From the NCBI GenBank assembly GCA_951406725.2, contig OX597833.1, positions 17,856,001 through 17,920,000 of the forward strand: a DNA stretch of 64,000 bases. The letters are read 5' to 3'. Positions within the stretch are counted from its first letter, which is position 1. Every line of letters begins with the position of its first letter. The DNA comes from Octopus vulgaris. Its lineage: Eukaryota. Of this stretch, positions 61,521 to 64,000 are shown piece after piece. The notes under the pieces were generated by a model. It had not been told where the DNA came from, searched no databases, and was given only the letters and a program-made list of their open reading frames with translations. A program made the translations under genes and the position numbers.

Positions 61521-62129
61521 CACATAAACCCACTCCACCCCATCCCAATGTAACTAAAATGTTTTTCTACTTCCTACTTGTGTATTTAACAAGATGATGA
61601 AATATAGATTTTGTAGCCTTCTAAGAGTAAGCATGGCTGTCTGGTTAAGAAGTACGCTTTGCAATCACGTGATTTCGGGTTCAGTCCCATCTTGAGCAAG
61701 TGTCTTCTACTATAGTCCCGGGCCTTGTCTATGAATTTGATGGGCGGAAACTGCGTTGATATTGAATCTAGTTTTTTTTTTCATTTGCAAAATAAACATT
61801 TTTTTAAAGGGAGTAAAAAATCTGAAAATCGGCCTATAGTTTCATTGCTTTGAAAGTATGATGTTGTGGAGAGAAAAATTGGAGAAAAATCGAAAAAACT
61901 GGGTGTTTTTAGCTGAAAGCGAGACCGAAATTTTTTGCGTTTTTTTTGCGTGGGGTCTCATTTTGCGAATGAGAAAGACTAGATCCCCGATGACTCTTCT
62001 CAACGCTAGCGCTAGCACACACTCACACATATGTATGTGTGTATATATATATACATACATACACACACATATGTACATATGTATATATATATATATATAT
62101 ATATAGGCATGTATGTTTGTATGTAAGTG

Positions 62130-63240
62130 TGTCCTTGTGTTTGTTCCATGCCATCGGAATTGGTTTGTTTACGTCTCCATAGCGTAGCGGTTCAGCAGAA
62201 GAACAAGACAGAATAAGCAACCAGTCTTAAAATATTATTATTAGGGTCGATTTGTTCGACTAAACCCTTCAAGGCGGTACCCGTAACATCACCTCAGTCG
62301 AATGACCGAAACAAGCAAAAACTTGAAATGCATATAATTCTTCTTTGAGCATCAAAGAATTTGACAATATTAAAAAGTTGGAAGCCATCTTTTATTTTTA
62401 ATTTGTTTCAGTCATTAGACTGCGGCCATGCTGGGGCACCACCTTGAAGAATCCTTAGTTTATTTCTTTTCAATCCTGGTACTTGTTCTATCGGACTCTT
62501 TTTGCTGAACCGCTAAGTTACAGGGACGTAAACACACCAACACCGGTTGTCAAACTGGGGATTGGGGATATACACGCACACATATATACGATGGGTTTCT
62601 TTCAATTTCCGTCTACCAAATCCACTCACAAGGCTTTGGTCGGTCCGAGGCTATAGTAGAAGACACTTGGCCAAGGTGCCACGCAGTGAGTCATGTGGTT
62701 GGGAAGCAAGCCTCAATTTTTTTCAAATATCACAGTTTACCACATATTTTTCACTCCTCCCAACCATCACCCCAGGGGGCCTCCCTGCTTGAAAAGTACG
62801 GGTATAGTCGACCAGCTGAAATAGTGATTACTCAATGCTGCCTCTGCCTGGTGCTGTAATAAATACTTCATCTACACACACAAAGGCGTAGATATGGCTG
62901 TGTGGTTAAAAAGCTTTCTTTGCAACTACATGGCTTAGGTTCAGTCCCGCTGCGCAGCACCTTCTACAGATGTCTTCCACTATAACCCCTGGCCGACTAG
63001 TGCCTTGCCAGTGACTATGGTGGGCAGTATATATATATATACTCTTTTACACGTTTCAGTTATTTGACTGTGACCATGCTGGAGCACCGCCATTTAGTCG
63101 AGCAAATCGACCACAGGACTTATTCTTTGTAAGCCTAGTACTTATTTTATCGGTCTCTTTTAACGAACCGCTAAGTTACGGGGACGTAAATACACAAGCA
63201 TCAGTTGTCAAGCGATGTTGGGGGGACAAACACAGACACA
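62130..63240. mobile_element. Cluster of SINE B remnants in both orientations
   Basis: Repeated family B head and tail segments. Confidence 0.7.
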
Positions 63241-63864
63241 CAAACACACACACATATATATATTTGTACCCCTGTATGTATGTATGTATGTATGTATTAT
63301 GTATGTGTGTATGCATGTATGTATGCATGTATGTATGTATTATGTATGTGTGTATGCATGTGTGCGTGCGTGTGTGTGTGTGTTTGCCCACCACGACTTG
63401 ACATCCAGCATCGGTCAGTTGATGCCTCCGTAACTAAGTGGCTCGGCAAAAGAGGGCGATTAGTACTAGACTTAAGAAAACTAAGTGCTTGGGTTGATCG
63501 GTTCGTCTAAAATCATCAGAAGACTCCTTGAAGGGTATAAGATGATAAAAGGAGATAATCTGAATGACCGAACAGACAAGTGGAAGAACTCGGAGAAGCG
63601 GGTAAAGCCGGCTTTCTTAGTAAGAAAGAGAAGGAGAGAAAGAGAAAGAGAAAGAGAGAGAGAGAGAGAGAGGCTGTGGGGGGGTCTTTGAAAGGCCTTT
63701 CTAAAAGTTTCTTTGTTGATATTTTCACCAGAAACCTATCTGTTTGTCCTTTTTAGAATGAAATCCTCAACCTTCCCCTTTTTTTCTGTACTCCATCAAC
63801 TCGTACAATAATTAGATTAAGAAGGAGCGGGGTAGCTGTGGGTTTTCACAGTCGGTGGTGTTGC

Positions 63865-64000
63865 TCTTCCTACTGCTGCTACCACCACCACCACCATCAT
63901 CATCATCACCACCACCACCACTATCATCATCATCACCACCACCACCACCACCACCACCACTATCATCATCATCACCACCACCATCATCACCACCACCACC
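63865..64000. repeat. (CAC)n/(CAT)n trinucleotide repeat
   Basis: Directly visible. Confidence 0.95.

Overview
AT-rich, repeat-dense eukaryotic window that looks like octopus (coleoid cephalopod) genomic DNA. This is inferred from the style of the protocadherin and the tRNA-derived SINE families, not from a database search. The only credible host gene is a minus-strand protocadherin. One large exon (splice acceptor 16669/16670, ATG 16641, donor after 13951) encodes a signal peptide, seven cadherin repeats, a TM helix and the start of the cytoplasmic tail. Its 5'UTR exons and 3' exons are not securely located, although candidates are given. The rest is mostly mobile DNA: dozens of tRNA-headed SINEs (A-E are my own working family labels), decayed LINE fragments (RTE, CR1, Tx1/L1), Penelope-like (PLE) fragments, Gypsy integrase remnants, MITEs (piggyBac-like TTAA, Tc1/mariner-like TA, hAT), Helitron/Helentron-like elements, long foldback palindromes and microsatellites. 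Nearly all ORFs in the supplied track are microsatellite or SINE artefacts. The most interesting signals are: (1) eight hammerhead-ribozyme-like motifs, including a minimal-hammerhead family with a compensatory base pair, one inside a foldback element and one forming the 3' tail of a tRNA-headed SINE; (2) SINE concatemers and dimers inside single target-site duplications, with recurrent junctions; (3) head/tail module shuffling among SINEs; (4) inverted SINE pairs around the protocadherin exon (possible dsRNA editing or circRNA); (5) coordinated loss of Ca2+ ligands at the EC3-EC4 linker. Boundaries of decayed repeats are approximate.
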